DNA of 64,000 bases from positions 3,968,001 through 4,032,000 of the forward strand of contig OY970166.1 of the NCBI GenBank assembly GCA_963706595.1, in the 5' to 3' direction. The position numbers were made by a program, and so were the translations under genes. The stretch's first letter is position 1, and the number at the start of each line of letters is the position of its first letter. The notes beneath the pieces were generated by a model. That model was not told the DNA's origin, ran no database searches, and saw only the letters and a program-made list of their open reading frames with translations. Positions 36,477 through 46,415 of this stretch are shown one piece after another. Source of the stretch: an uncultured cyanobacterium. Lineage in GTDB: Bacteria; Cyanobacteriota; Cyanobacteriia; Cyanobacteriales; Nostocaceae.

Positions 36477-36542
36477 TGTAGAGACGCGATTCATCGCGTC
36501 TTCTTCCTTGCGATTCATCGCGTCTTCTTCCTTGCGATTCAT
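36477..36542. repeat. GTAG-type REP-like palindrome with 24-bp tandem amplification
   Basis: TGTAGAGACGCGATTCATCGCGTCT; unit GCGATTCATCGCGTCTTCTTCCTT occurs twice plus a partial copy. Confidence 0.75.
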
Positions 36543-36556
36543 GCAATTATTATTAT

Positions 36557-37396
36557 TTAATCTTCAGGATGAGCGCATCGACTAAACAGAAAATCTAAAG
36601 CATAATTACGCAGGTGATAGTATTCTGGATCTTCCATAATCTGGCGACGATTGCGGGGACGAGAAAAAGGAATATCTAACACTTCACCGATGTTAGCGGC
36701 TGGTCCATTGGTCATCATCACCAGTCTGTCTGCTAAGAACAGGGCTTCATCAATGTCATGAGTAATCATCAAAACAGTCACTTGATGTTCTTGCCAAATT
36801 TGCAGTAATTCCTCTTGTAATTCCTCTTTAGTAATGGCATCCAAAGCCCCAAAAGGTTCATCTAAAATCAACACTTGTGGACGGATGGAAAGGGCGCGTG
36901 CGATCGCGACTCGTTGCTTCATCCCGCCAGAAATCTGACTAGGTTTTTTATCAGCAGCTTCCGTCAATCCCACCATTGCCAAATGTTCTTTAACAATCGC
37001 CCTTTTTTCTGCCGTGGTTTTAGTCGTAAACACTGAATCAACGGCTAGATAAACGTTCTCAAAAACACTCAGCCAAGGTAGTAGACAGTAATTTTGAAAA
37101 ACCATCATCCTGTCTGGTCCTGGTTCGGTGATGGGTTGATCTTGGAGAAAGACAACACCATCAGTAGGGGTGTTAAACCCAGATACCATATTCAACAGGG
37201 TTGATTTGCCACAGCCAGAGTGACCAATAATGCAGACAAATTCACCTTCACGAACTTTCAGGTCAACGCCATCAATTACGGTGTAAGGACCCTGAGAGGT
37301 TGGATAAATTTTGCTAACACCATCAATTACTAAAAAATTTTCTTTTTTCTGAGCTAACACTTGATTAATTTGAGTATTTTTGTTTACTAATTGCAT
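36557..37396 (-). CDS. nrtD: Nitrate ABC transporter ATPase
   Basis: GHSGCGKST, ISGGMKQR, DEPFGALD; follows nrtC. Confidence 0.95.
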   Translation of the reverse strand: MQLVNKNTQINQVLAQKKENFLVIDGVSKIYPTSQGPYTVIDGVDLKVREGEFVCIIGHSGCGKSTLLNMVSGFNTPTDGVVFLQDQPITEPGPDRMMVFQNYCLLPWLSVFENVYLAVDSVFTTKTTAEKRAIVKEHLAMVGLTEAADKKPSQISGGMKQRVAIARALSIRPQVLILDEPFGALDAITKEELQEELLQIWQEHQVTVLMITHDIDEALFLADRLVMMTNGPAANIGEVLDIPFSRPRNRRQIMEDPEYYHLRNYALDFLFSRCAHPED

Positions 37397-37534
37397 AAAT
37401 TTAATTTTGGTTAATATTTGTTTAAACGAACCGCAAAGGACGCAAAGTACACAAAGTTAAGAAAGAAAAGAAGAGAGATGTTTCTTGCAAATTTCTTAAA
37501 CTCTTCCTTTGCGCCTCTGCGCCTTTGCGTGAAC

Positions 37535-39523
37535 CTAAATCAACACCTCTTCAATTTGAAACTGACGGTTAATTTCTAAGTTTTTGAGATATTCAATTGG
37601 TTCAGAAGAATTAAAAACTTTGCCATCAAATAAATGAATCGGATCATCCCAACCAATATCCAGTAAGCCTAAATCTCTCGCAGCAGCACCAAATAAATCT
37701 GCACGACAAACTCTTTCAATCACTTCTACCCAATTTTTAGGAAATGGTACTAAACCCCAACGCGCTAGTTGAGTCACCATCCACAAAATTTCGGTACGGT
37801 TGGGATAGTTGGTTTTATTGAGATAAAACTGGTTGTATGCTGTGAGTTGTTCTGGGAGAGTACCATCACCGCGATCATAAGGATCGATGAAACCAGGACG
37901 GACATAAGCTGGATCTACATTCAGATACTCAGGACGGCAGATTAATTTGAGAATTTCTTCCCGGTTGCGGAGTTCATCACAGTATTTACACGCTTCTAAT
38001 AGTCCTTTAATTAGCGCCTGATAGGTTTTTGGATGCTGATGCGCCCAATCTTCCCGGACTCCCAAAACTTTTTTCGGCTGTCCTGACCAAATTTCTAAGG
38101 CGGTAGCAGCTACGAAGCCTAAGCCTTGATGAACAGCCATGTAATTCCAAGGTTCCCCCGCACAATAACCGTCAATATTACCGGCTTTGAGTTGAGAAAC
38201 CATTTCCATTGGTGGAATTACACTCAAGCTGACATCTTTATCCGGATCTATCCCCCCAGCCGCTAGCCAGTAACGCAGAATTAAGTTCTGCATTGAGGTG
38301 GGATGAACTACTCCTAATGTGAGAATTTTGTCAGGAGAAGCATTAATCACCGCTTTGAGATCAGCTGGTTTTCTGACACCTTGGTTGTATAAGTTTTTGC
38401 TTAAGGTAATCGCGTTAGCGTTACGGGAGATATTCAAGGCATTAATTATACAAGTCGGTGTTTTACCACCAGCACCCAAAGTCATGGCTAAAGGCATTCC
38501 CGCCAGCATTTGAGCCGCATCTAATCTGCCTGTAGCAACATTTTTGGCAATTTCGTTCCAACTAGAAGCACGGGTTAGGGTAATTTTTTCTAAGCCGTAT
38601 TTAGCAAAGAAGCCTTTTTCTTGGGCAATAATTAAAGGTGCAGCATCAGTTAAAGGCATAAAGCCAATATCTAAATTGACTTTTTCTAAGCCTCTGTGAG
38701 ATATCCCCACTGATACGGTAATTTGCTGTGATTTGCGTTTTTTCGCTTGTTTTTGTTGGTTGAGGAAGTAAATAATTTCGTTTCGCAGACTGTAGTAATT
38801 GGGATGTTTGACTACTTCCAAACGTTCACGGGGTCGAGGAATTGGCACTTCCAGAATTTGCCCAATGTGTGCTTCTGGACCATTGGTTAACATGACGACG
38901 CGATCGCTCAACAATAAAGCTTCATCCACATCGTGTGTCACCATCACACAAGTAACATTGTGTTCGTTACAGATTTTCATTAATTGTGCTTGCAAACTCC
39001 CCCGTGTCAAGGCATCCAGCGCCCCAAAGGGTTCATCGAGTAGCAACAACTTCGGACGAGTAGCCAAAGCACGCGCGATCGCCACTCGTTGTTTCATTCC
39101 CCCAGACAACTCATGAGGACGTTTAGTCGCCGCTAGGCGCAGTCCTACCATGTCGATATGTTCTTCAACAATACCCCGACGTTGACCTTTGGGTTCATGT
39201 TTATACACCTCATCCACAGCCAAAGCGATATTTTCCCGTACTGTTAACCAAGGAAGCAACGAATAATTTTGAAACACCACCATCCTGTCTGGGCTAGGGT
39301 CTCTAACTTCCCGCCCTTCTAAAGTCACACCACCAATACTTGCCCTATCTAGACCTGCAATAATATTTAGCAGAGTAGATTTACCACAACCAGAGTGTCC
39401 AATTAAAGAAACAAATTCCCCCTCTTTAATTTTCAACTCAATATTTTTGAGAGCAATATACTTACCCCCATTCGGCAAATCAAAAACCCGATCAACGTGA
39501 TCAACTTCAACAAAAATAGTCAT
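37535..39523 (-). CDS. nrtC: Nitrate ABC transporter ATPase with C-terminal NrtA-like domain
   Basis: ABC ATPase plus GF.PLTDAAPLI..EKGFFAKYGL domain. Confidence 0.96.
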   Translation of the reverse strand: MTIFVEVDHVDRVFDLPNGGKYIALKNIELKIKEGEFVSLIGHSGCGKSTLLNIIAGLDRASIGGVTLEGREVRDPSPDRMVVFQNYSLLPWLTVRENIALAVDEVYKHEPKGQRRGIVEEHIDMVGLRLAATKRPHELSGGMKQRVAIARALATRPKLLLLDEPFGALDALTRGSLQAQLMKICNEHNVTCVMVTHDVDEALLLSDRVVMLTNGPEAHIGQILEVPIPRPRERLEVVKHPNYYSLRNEIIYFLNQQKQAKKRKSQQITVSVGISHRGLEKVNLDIGFMPLTDAAPLIIAQEKGFFAKYGLEKITLTRASSWNEIAKNVATGRLDAAQMLAGMPLAMTLGAGGKTPTCIINALNISRNANAITLSKNLYNQGVRKPADLKAVINASPDKILTLGVVHPTSMQNLILRYWLAAGGIDPDKDVSLSVIPPMEMVSQLKAGNIDGYCAGEPWNYMAVHQGLGFVAATALEIWSGQPKKVLGVREDWAHQHPKTYQALIKGLLEACKYCDELRNREEILKLICRPEYLNVDPAYVRPGFIDPYDRGDGTLPEQLTAYNQFYLNKTNYPNRTEILWMVTQLARWGLVPFPKNWVEVIERVCRADLFGAAARDLGLLDIGWDDPIHLFDGKVFNSSEPIEYLKNLEINRQFQIEEVLI

Positions 39524-39638
39524 ATTTAATTCGTAATTCGTAATTAGAAGATGGAAATAAAAACCTCTTCCTTTTCTTCCTTTTCTTTCTTAACTTGGCG
39601 TACTTGGCGTACTTGGCGGTTCGTTAAAAAAATCTTCT

Positions 39639-40478
39639 CTACTTTTGTTCAGCCACAACCTTACCAGCAATAAATTCCACCAACTTATCAAGCAGCAAAC
39701 CCACCAAACCGACATATATCAGAGCGATAATAATCTCACTCAAATTAGTATCCGTACTCGTGTTATAAGCATTCCAAATAAACGAACCAATGCCCACACC
39801 ACCAACCAACATTTCTGCGGCGACAATCGCTAACCAAGATAAACCAATGCCAATTCGTAACCCGGTGAATATATAAGGAACCGTGGCAGGAAACACAATT
39901 TTCACGAAATACTTTAGTCCTTTTAGACGTAAAACCCTCGCCACATTGACATAATCTTGAGGAATTTGTTGCACCCCTACCGTAGTATTAATAATAATCG
40001 GCCAAATAGAGGTAATGAAAATCACAAAAATAGCCGAAGGATTAGCTTGTTGAAATGCCGCCAGTGAAATAGGTAGCCATGCTAGAGGCGGTACAGTTCG
40101 CAAAACTTGAAATAGAGGGTCTACAGCATTATAAATAAATCGATTAGTACCAACTAAAATCCCCACCACTACGCCCACAATGGCTGCTAGCGAAAATCCC
40201 CAAGCAACTCGTTCTAAGCTACTGAGTATTTGCCAACCCAAACCTTTATCACTTTCGCCATTATCAAAAAATGGATGAATGATAAAAGGATCAAAAGTAT
40301 CATTAAAGGTTTTGATTGGACCAGGTAGCTGAAAATCGGGGATTAAAACCAGTAGCTCCCAAATTACTAGAAAGACAGCTAATGCTACTAATGGCGGAAC
40401 TATTTTTTCTACCACTAGTTTATTAATAGCCTTTACCGATTTATTACTTTTAAAGCGACTCCCCGTAATAGCAGCCAT
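39639..40478 (-). CDS. nrtB: Nitrate ABC transporter permease
   Basis: DKGLGWQILSSL.RV; LRTVPPLAWLPI; LRIGIGLSWLAIVAAEML. Confidence 0.96.
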   Translation of the reverse strand: MAAITGSRFKSNKSVKAINKLVVEKIVPPLVALAVFLVIWELLVLIPDFQLPGPIKTFNDTFDPFIIHPFFDNGESDKGLGWQILSSLERVAWGFSLAAIVGVVVGILVGTNRFIYNAVDPLFQVLRTVPPLAWLPISLAAFQQANPSAIFVIFITSIWPIIINTTVGVQQIPQDYVNVARVLRLKGLKYFVKIVFPATVPYIFTGLRIGIGLSWLAIVAAEMLVGGVGIGSFIWNAYNTSTDTNLSEIIIALIYVGLVGLLLDKLVEFIAGKVVAEQK

Positions 40479-40537
40479 TTTTTATCTCCCCTCTCAAATT
40501 CGGTTGATTACAAAAGAATTCATTGAATCGGCGGTAA

Positions 40538-41848
40538 TTAGACTTTCTTAATTTTCAAACTATTTAAATATTCTTGGGGTTTCTCTGGGTCAAATTTGAC
40601 TCCATCAAAGAAAGTCTCTATACCACGAGAATTACTGGTAGGAATTTGAGAATCAGGCACACTGACTGCTTTAGCTGCTTGCTTCCATAAATCTTCTTTA
40701 TTCACCTGATCAACAATTTCCTGAATCTTGGTATCCTTGGGCAAATAACCCCAGCGAATATTTTCAGTTAAGAACCAAATATCATGACTCTTATAGGGAT
40801 ATGAAGCATTATCTGCCCAGAATTTCATCCGATATGGGAAATTTTTCTCAGTGCGTCCATCACCAAAATCAATATTGCCTTTGGATCTTTCGACAATATC
40901 GGCAACTGCAACGTTAAAATATTTACGTTCTGAGCAGATTTTGCACATTTCTTCAGTGTTTTCTGGCTTATCGCACCATTGTTGTGCTTCTATAACTGCC
41001 ATCAACATTGCCTGTGCTGCGTTAGGATTTTGATCAACCCAATCTTGGCGCATAGCAAAGGCTTTCTCTGGATGGTCATTCCATAATTCGCCTGTAACTA
41101 AGGCTGAATAACCAATGTCTTGGTTTACCAACTGAGCGTTCCAAGGTTCTCCCACACAGAAAGAATCAATGGTGTTTACTTTCATATTGGCGACCATTTG
41201 TGGTGGTGGTACAGGTGATAAAACCACATCTTGGTCTGGATTGATACCACCAGCCGCTAGCCAGTAGCGCATCCATAAATCATGTGTACCACCAGGAAAG
41301 GTCATACCAAATTTCAAAGCATTTTGCGCGGATTTAGCTTGAGAAGCCGCTTCTTTCAATGCCTTACTTTCTAACTTGACATTGAACTCTTTAAATTTCT
41401 TGGCTACAGAAATCGCCTGACCGTTGGTGTTTAACCGTGCCAAAATGTACATTGGCACTATATTATTGATGGTCATTAAGTAAGGCATGGGGCTGAGGAT
41501 GTGTGCGCCATCAATCCCACCACCACCTGAACCAAGTGCCAAATTATCGCGGGTGACAGGCCAGGAGTTTTGCTTAATCACATCGACCTCAGTCATGCCG
41601 TATTTAGCAAAGAAACCTTTTTCTTTCGCGATAATTAAGGGAGCAGAATCAGTTAAGGCGATAAATCCTAACTTAGCTTTGGTTGTTTCTACCTGTGGTG
41701 CATTAGCTGCTAAAGAAACGTTAGTAGCAGGGGTTGTTGTCCCTGTCTCTGTTTGAGAATTATTGCTAGAACAACCATGAGCCAAGATAGAAGCTGCGGC
41801 TGCTGCACCGGCGCTAAAAATAAATTGTCTTCTAGGAAAGTTTGACAT
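40538..41848 (-). CDS. nrtA: Nitrate/nitrite-binding lipoprotein
   Basis: Twin-Arg signal with lipobox (RRQFI...LAHGC); LGFIALTD; TFPGGTHDLW.RYWL. Confidence 0.96.
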   Translation of the reverse strand: MSNFPRRQFIFSAGAAAAASILAHGCSSNNSQTETGTTTPATNVSLAANAPQVETTKAKLGFIALTDSAPLIIAKEKGFFAKYGMTEVDVIKQNSWPVTRDNLALGSGGGGIDGAHILSPMPYLMTINNIVPMYILARLNTNGQAISVAKKFKEFNVKLESKALKEAASQAKSAQNALKFGMTFPGGTHDLWMRYWLAAGGINPDQDVVLSPVPPPQMVANMKVNTIDSFCVGEPWNAQLVNQDIGYSALVTGELWNDHPEKAFAMRQDWVDQNPNAAQAMLMAVIEAQQWCDKPENTEEMCKICSERKYFNVAVADIVERSKGNIDFGDGRTEKNFPYRMKFWADNASYPYKSHDIWFLTENIRWGYLPKDTKIQEIVDQVNKEDLWKQAAKAVSVPDSQIPTSNSRGIETFFDGVKFDPEKPQEYLNSLKIKKV

Positions 41849-41868
41849 TTTTGCTTAGTTGTGATGAA

Positions 41869-41945
41869 CGAATTACGTTAGCGAAGCTCCTCTGAAAGAG
41901 GCACTACGAATTACGAATTACGAATTACGAATTACGAATTACGAA
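41869..41945. repeat. (ATTACGA)n STRR interrupted by a short element
   Basis: Heptamer run split by TTAGCGAAGCTCCTCTGAAAGAGGCAC; related to the reverse complement of 57855-57881. Confidence 0.65.
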
Positions 41946-43571
41946 CTATGAATTATTCACTTTTGCCCCAAAGTGCTGAATGAGTAAATCCCGCAGCACT
42001 GGCTGTAAATCTTCGCAGGGGATGCCTTTTTGTACGCAATTGCCTAAATGCGCGTCTTTGCCAACTGTGCCACCCATATATATGTCTACGCCTTCTACAG
42101 CTTTGCCATCTTTACGGGCTTTGGTTCCCATCAAGCCGATGTCTGCAACTTGAGGCTGTCCACAGGAATTAGGGCAACCAGTCCAGTGAATTCGCACGGG
42201 ACGAGTCAGGGTTAACTCAGATGCTAAGGCTTGAGCCATTTCCAAGGCGCGGTTTTTGGTTTCAATGAGGGCAAAGTTACAAAACTGTGCGCCTGTACAA
42301 GAAACAAGCGATCGCGTTAACATATCTGGATTAACTGCAAACCTCTGTAGTAGTGGCTCTGTTAAAAATATTGCCAAACGCGAGTCAGGAATATTAGGAA
42401 TGATGATGTTTTGCTCAACTGTAAACCGCACCTCTCCACTGGCGTAAACCTCTGCTAAATTAGCAATTTCAAACATATCTTGGGCATACAGGCGACCCAC
42501 AGGAATATTTAAACCTACGTAGTTTAATCCTGGTTGTTTTTGTTTATATACCCCAATGTGGTCGCGTTTTTCCCAGTTGATTTCGTCTTTAGCAGCTGCG
42601 GGTGACAGTGTTTTACCCAAACGCGTTTCTACTTCAGCACGAAATTTTTCTATCCCCCATTCATCAAGTAGCCACATTAAGCGAGACTTGAGACGGTTAG
42701 CGCGTAAACCGTTGTCACGATAAACTTCTAAAACTGCTCTACATACGGCTACTACATCCTCTGGAGAGACCCAAACATTGAGAGGAATCGCCGCTTCACA
42801 GCGTTTGGCTGAGAAAAAGCCACCCACAAGAATGTTAAAACCGAAGATTTTTTGAGCAGTCGGAGAAGATTCTTCTGGTTTTTCACCACTCCCCACTCCC
42901 CACTCCCCACTCCCCACTCCCCACTCCCCACTCCCCTCTTTAAAAGCTGGAACGAAGGCTAAATCGTTGATTTCTGCGTGAACTGAATTGTCACGACCAC
43001 CGGCGATCGCAATATTAAATTTTCGTGGTAAATTGCTAAACTCTGGGTTTCCTTGCCCTTTATTGGTCAGCATATCTTGAATTTGCTGCACCACTTCCCT
43101 GGTGTCAAATAACTCATCCGCATCTAACCCAGCGACCGGATCGCCTGTGATATTACGGACATTATCCATCCCAGATTGGACGCTGGTTAAACCAACAGAG
43201 TCAAATTTAGCAAAGATATCAGGTAAATCTTCAATTCTAATGCCCCGCAGTTGAATATTCTGTCTGGTAGTAATATCAGCACTACCATCATCTCCGTAAC
43301 GCTGTAATACTGACGCTAAAACACGTAACTGATGGCTAGTGAGAACACCGTTAGGTATCCGCATCCGCATCATAAACTTACCTGGAGTGACTGGGCGAAA
43401 AAATACCCCCACCCACTTGAGGCGATGGTCGCGGTCGTTTATGTCCATTGCTTCCCAACCGAGAGAAGCAAATTGTTCTATTTCTTCCTTAACAGCCAGC
43501 CCATCTTTCTCGGCTTTGAGTTTCTCAAATTTATTGAGGTTGGTTTTGGTAGTAGTTACTGTATCTGTCAT
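41946..43571 (-). CDS. nirA: Ferredoxin-nitrite reductase
   Basis: LNKFEK.KAEKDGL, TTRQN.QLR, LPRKFN, SCTG.QFC and GCPNSCGQ siroheme/4Fe-4S ligands. Confidence 0.98.
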   Translation of the reverse strand: MTDTVTTTKTNLNKFEKLKAEKDGLAVKEEIEQFASLGWEAMDINDRDHRLKWVGVFFRPVTPGKFMMRMRIPNGVLTSHQLRVLASVLQRYGDDGSADITTRQNIQLRGIRIEDLPDIFAKFDSVGLTSVQSGMDNVRNITGDPVAGLDADELFDTREVVQQIQDMLTNKGQGNPEFSNLPRKFNIAIAGGRDNSVHAEINDLAFVPAFKEGSGEWGVGSGEWGVGSGEKPEESSPTAQKIFGFNILVGGFFSAKRCEAAIPLNVWVSPEDVVAVCRAVLEVYRDNGLRANRLKSRLMWLLDEWGIEKFRAEVETRLGKTLSPAAAKDEINWEKRDHIGVYKQKQPGLNYVGLNIPVGRLYAQDMFEIANLAEVYASGEVRFTVEQNIIIPNIPDSRLAIFLTEPLLQRFAVNPDMLTRSLVSCTGAQFCNFALIETKNRALEMAQALASELTLTRPVRIHWTGCPNSCGQPQVADIGLMGTKARKDGKAVEGVDIYMGGTVGKDAHLGNCVQKGIPCEDLQPVLRDLLIQHFGAKVNNS

Positions 43572-43882
43572 AAACTGACTCTCATTGCTGCTAATCCAGC
43601 GAAAACTTTGGACACTAGTGGCCCAATATCAATTAACCCTTAGTCTTTTAATTGCTGGGTCTACGAAGTTGAGTGTTTAACACGTATATCTGTTTGTGGC
43701 TAATTTCTCGTAATCCAGAGCCTGACCTAGTGACTCATCTGCTACTTAATCACAGACAAGATGCACAAGTTTATTGAGTGAACTCAAATTGTAGTTAGTT
43801 GGGAAACGGTTGTAATCTTTTGCATTTAGGAATTTGTCAAGCAGGTTTGGTTACTGTTTATGTAACAATTTCGATACTCATC

Positions 43883-43924
43883 AGGTTAAGGTGAGATTAT
43901 AGTTAAAATCGTATAAATTGTTAC
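43883..43924 (-). promoter_or_regulatory. NtcA-activated class II promoter of the nir operon
   Basis: Minus strand GTAACAATTTATAC (GTA-N8-TAC, 43924-43911), 22 nt, then -10 box TAACCT (43888-43883); predicted TSS near 43876. Confidence 0.85.
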
Positions 43925-43961
43925 GGTTTTTTGAATAAATTGTATAAAGCGGATGAGTTTG

Positions 43962-43976
43962 ATGCAATTTCTGCAT
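43962..43976. promoter_or_regulatory. NtcB (LysR) binding site
   Basis: ATGCAATTTCTGCAT (AT-N11-AT palindrome) centred about 93 nt upstream of the predicted nirA TSS, matching the known Anabaena arrangement. Confidence 0.75.
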
Positions 43977-44234
43977 TAAAGTCTTTTTTCTTGAAAAAAT
44001 AAACGTTGATACACCCCGCCTGCATTCATATACTTAAATCACCAAATAGGCAGCAAGTGCTGATTGCTGTGAGTTTTGGTAACAACAAGTCTTGAGCATA
44101 AGTCGGTTTTATCAGCGTTTATCTATGTTAATCATTGATTTTTTCGACTCTTATCACGTCAATACATATTAAAAAATTATTAAAAAGTTGAATAATATGA
44201 CATTATCTATAAATAGGTATTATTTCTTAGTAAT

Positions 44235-45923
44235 ATGATGGCAGATCAATTTCCCTGGCTAACCGCGATTGTCCTGCTACCATTCATTGCTGCTCTGGTT
44301 ATCCCTGTGCTACCCGATAAAGACGGCAAGTTGGTACGATGGTATGCCCTGGGCGTGGGAGTTGTAGACTTAATCTTGATGTGTTACGCCTTTTGGCACC
44401 ATTACGATGCCAGCAATGCTATTTTTCAACTAGAAGAAAATTATAGCTGGATGCCTCAACTAGGTCTAAATTGGGCAGTTGCTGTGGATGGGTTATCAGT
44501 TCCCTTTGTACTTTTAGCCGGACTGGTGACGACACTGGCGATTTTTTCAGCTTGGCAAGTTGACCGCCGACCCAAACTGTTCTATTTCCTGATGCTAGTG
44601 CTGTACTCGGCGCAGGTAGGCGTATTTGTCGCCAAAGACTTGCTGCTATTTTTCATTATGTGGGAAGTAGAGCTAATTCCCGTATACCTACTGATCTGCA
44701 TTTGGGGCGGGCAGAAACGTCGTTACGCCGCTACCAAATTTTTGATCTATACGGCTGCGGCTTCTATATTTATTCTAGTAGCAGCATTGGCAATGGGGCT
44801 TTACGGTGGTGGTAATGTCAGTTTTGATTTGGTTGATTTGGGACTGAAGGATTACCCCCTAAATTTAGAACTGCTGCTATATGCAGGATTGCTGATTGCC
44901 TTTGGGGTCAAGTTGGCTGTGTTTCCGATGCACACTTGGTTGCCCGATGCTCACGGTGAGGCTTCTTCCCCCGTATCGATGATTCTTGCAGGTGTATTGC
45001 TAAAGATGGGCGGATACGGATTAATTCGCCTGAATTTAGGAATTCTTTCGGATGCACATATTTACTTTGCACCGGTTTTAGCGATTCTGGGGGTTGTCAA
45101 CATTATCTATGGTGCTTTGAACTCCTTCGCCCAAGGAAATATGAAGCGTCGGCTGGCTTATTCGTCGATTTCTCACATGGGATTTGTACTACTGGGTATT
45201 GCGTCCTTCACTGATTTGGGCATTAGCGGCGCAATGTTGCAAATGATTTCTCACGGTTTAATCGCGTCGGTGCTGTTCTTCTTGGCAGGTGTGACTTACG
45301 ATCGCACTCGTACAATGATCATGGATGATCTAGGCGGTCTTGGTCAGGTAATGCCGAAAGTATTTGCATTATTTACAATCAGCGCCATGGCTTCCCTGGC
45401 TCTTCCTGGTATGAGTGGCTTTGTGGGCGAACTTGCGGTTTTTGTGGGCATAACTACCAGCGATGTCTATAGTTCAGCCTTTTCCATTGTGACGGTTTTC
45501 CTCGCCGCAGTGGGAGTTATTCTCACTCCAATTTATCTGCTCAATTTGCTGCGTCAGGTCTTTTACGGTAGTAGTGCAGCCTTGATGTGTGACGTTAATA
45601 ATGCAGCTTTCGAGAATCAGGAGGACGAAGGAACAGCTTGTTTTGGTACTGACTGTCTGCTACCCGAACAGACCATTTATACCGATGCCAAACCGCGTGA
45701 AGTGTTCATTGCTGCCTGTTTTTTAGTGCTGATTATCGGTATTGGGTTTTATCCCAAGCTGGCTATGCAAATGTATGATGTCAAGACTGTGGCGGTAAAT
45801 GCTCAGGTACGTCAATCTCTGATGACTATTTCCCAAACAAATCCCCACGTCTATGCTCAAGGTTTATTAGTTCCTAATATCCCATCTGCGGAAGTTGCGC
45901 CTGTTTTGGGAGTTGTTAAGTAA
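44235..45923 (+). CDS. ndhD: NAD(P)H-quinone oxidoreductase subunit 4 (NdhD1/D2 type)
   Basis: [52 protein letters not shown]. Confidence 0.95.
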   Translation: MMADQFPWLTAIVLLPFIAALVIPVLPDKDGKLVRWYALGVGVVDLILMCYAFWHHYDASNAIFQLEENYSWMPQLGLNWAVAVDGLSVPFVLLAGLVTTLAIFSAWQVDRRPKLFYFLMLVLYSAQVGVFVAKDLLLFFIMWEVELIPVYLLICIWGGQKRRYAATKFLIYTAAASIFILVAALAMGLYGGGNVSFDLVDLGLKDYPLNLELLLYAGLLIAFGVKLAVFPMHTWLPDAHGEASSPVSMILAGVLLKMGGYGLIRLNLGILSDAHIYFAPVLAILGVVNIIYGALNSFAQGNMKRRLAYSSISHMGFVLLGIASFTDLGISGAMLQMISHGLIASVLFFLAGVTYDRTRTMIMDDLGGLGQVMPKVFALFTISAMASLALPGMSGFVGELAVFVGITTSDVYSSAFSIVTVFLAAVGVILTPIYLLNLLRQVFYGSSAALMCDVNNAAFENQEDEGTACFGTDCLLPEQTIYTDAKPREVFIAACFLVLIIGIGFYPKLAMQMYDVKTVAVNAQVRQSLMTISQTNPHVYAQGLLVPNIPSAEVAPVLGVVK

Positions 45924-45979
45924 TTTTGTTGACCTGTTAAGATAATGGTCAATAAGTATTACAGAGAATTTCTAGAACT

Positions 45980-46390
45980 ATGAAACGTCGTGATTTCATT
46001 AATTGGGTAGGTTTGGGTGCAATAATTAGTAGCTTACCTGTAGCGATCGCGGCTTGTTCTGACCAAACAATTACATCTGACGATTGGCAAACTGTGGGGA
46101 CTGTGGCAGAGTTAGATAAAGATGGTCAATTCTCATTCAAAAATTTGCCATCTGTCAATGTTTTAGTAGTCGGTACATCGAAAAGCGAAAATCTCATTGC
46201 TGTTAACCCTACTTGTACTCACTCTGGTTGCACCGTGACATGGAACACTGAAGGCAATAAATTTAACTGTCCTTGTCATGGTGCAGAATATGGCAGTGAT
46301 GGTCAGGTGCAAAAAGGCCCGGCTACAAAACCACTCAAAACTTACACTGCCAAAATTGAGAATAATTCTGTTTTAGTTAAACAAAATTAG
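45980..46390 (+). CDS. Small Rieske 2Fe-2S protein with Tat signal and lipobox (PetC3-like)
   Basis: KRRDFI, IAAC, CTHSGC and CPCHG. Confidence 0.9.
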   Translation: MKRRDFINWVGLGAIISSLPVAIAACSDQTITSDDWQTVGTVAELDKDGQFSFKNLPSVNVLVVGTSKSENLIAVNPTCTHSGCTVTWNTEGNKFNCPCHGAEYGSDGQVQKGPATKPLKTYTAKIENNSVLVKQN

Positions 46391-46415
46391 TCCTCCCCAC
46401 TTCCTATTTACAAGC

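Noticed and set aside
43862..43877. GTAACAATTTCGATAC as a second NtcA site
   Set aside because: Spacing is GTA-N10-TAC rather than N8
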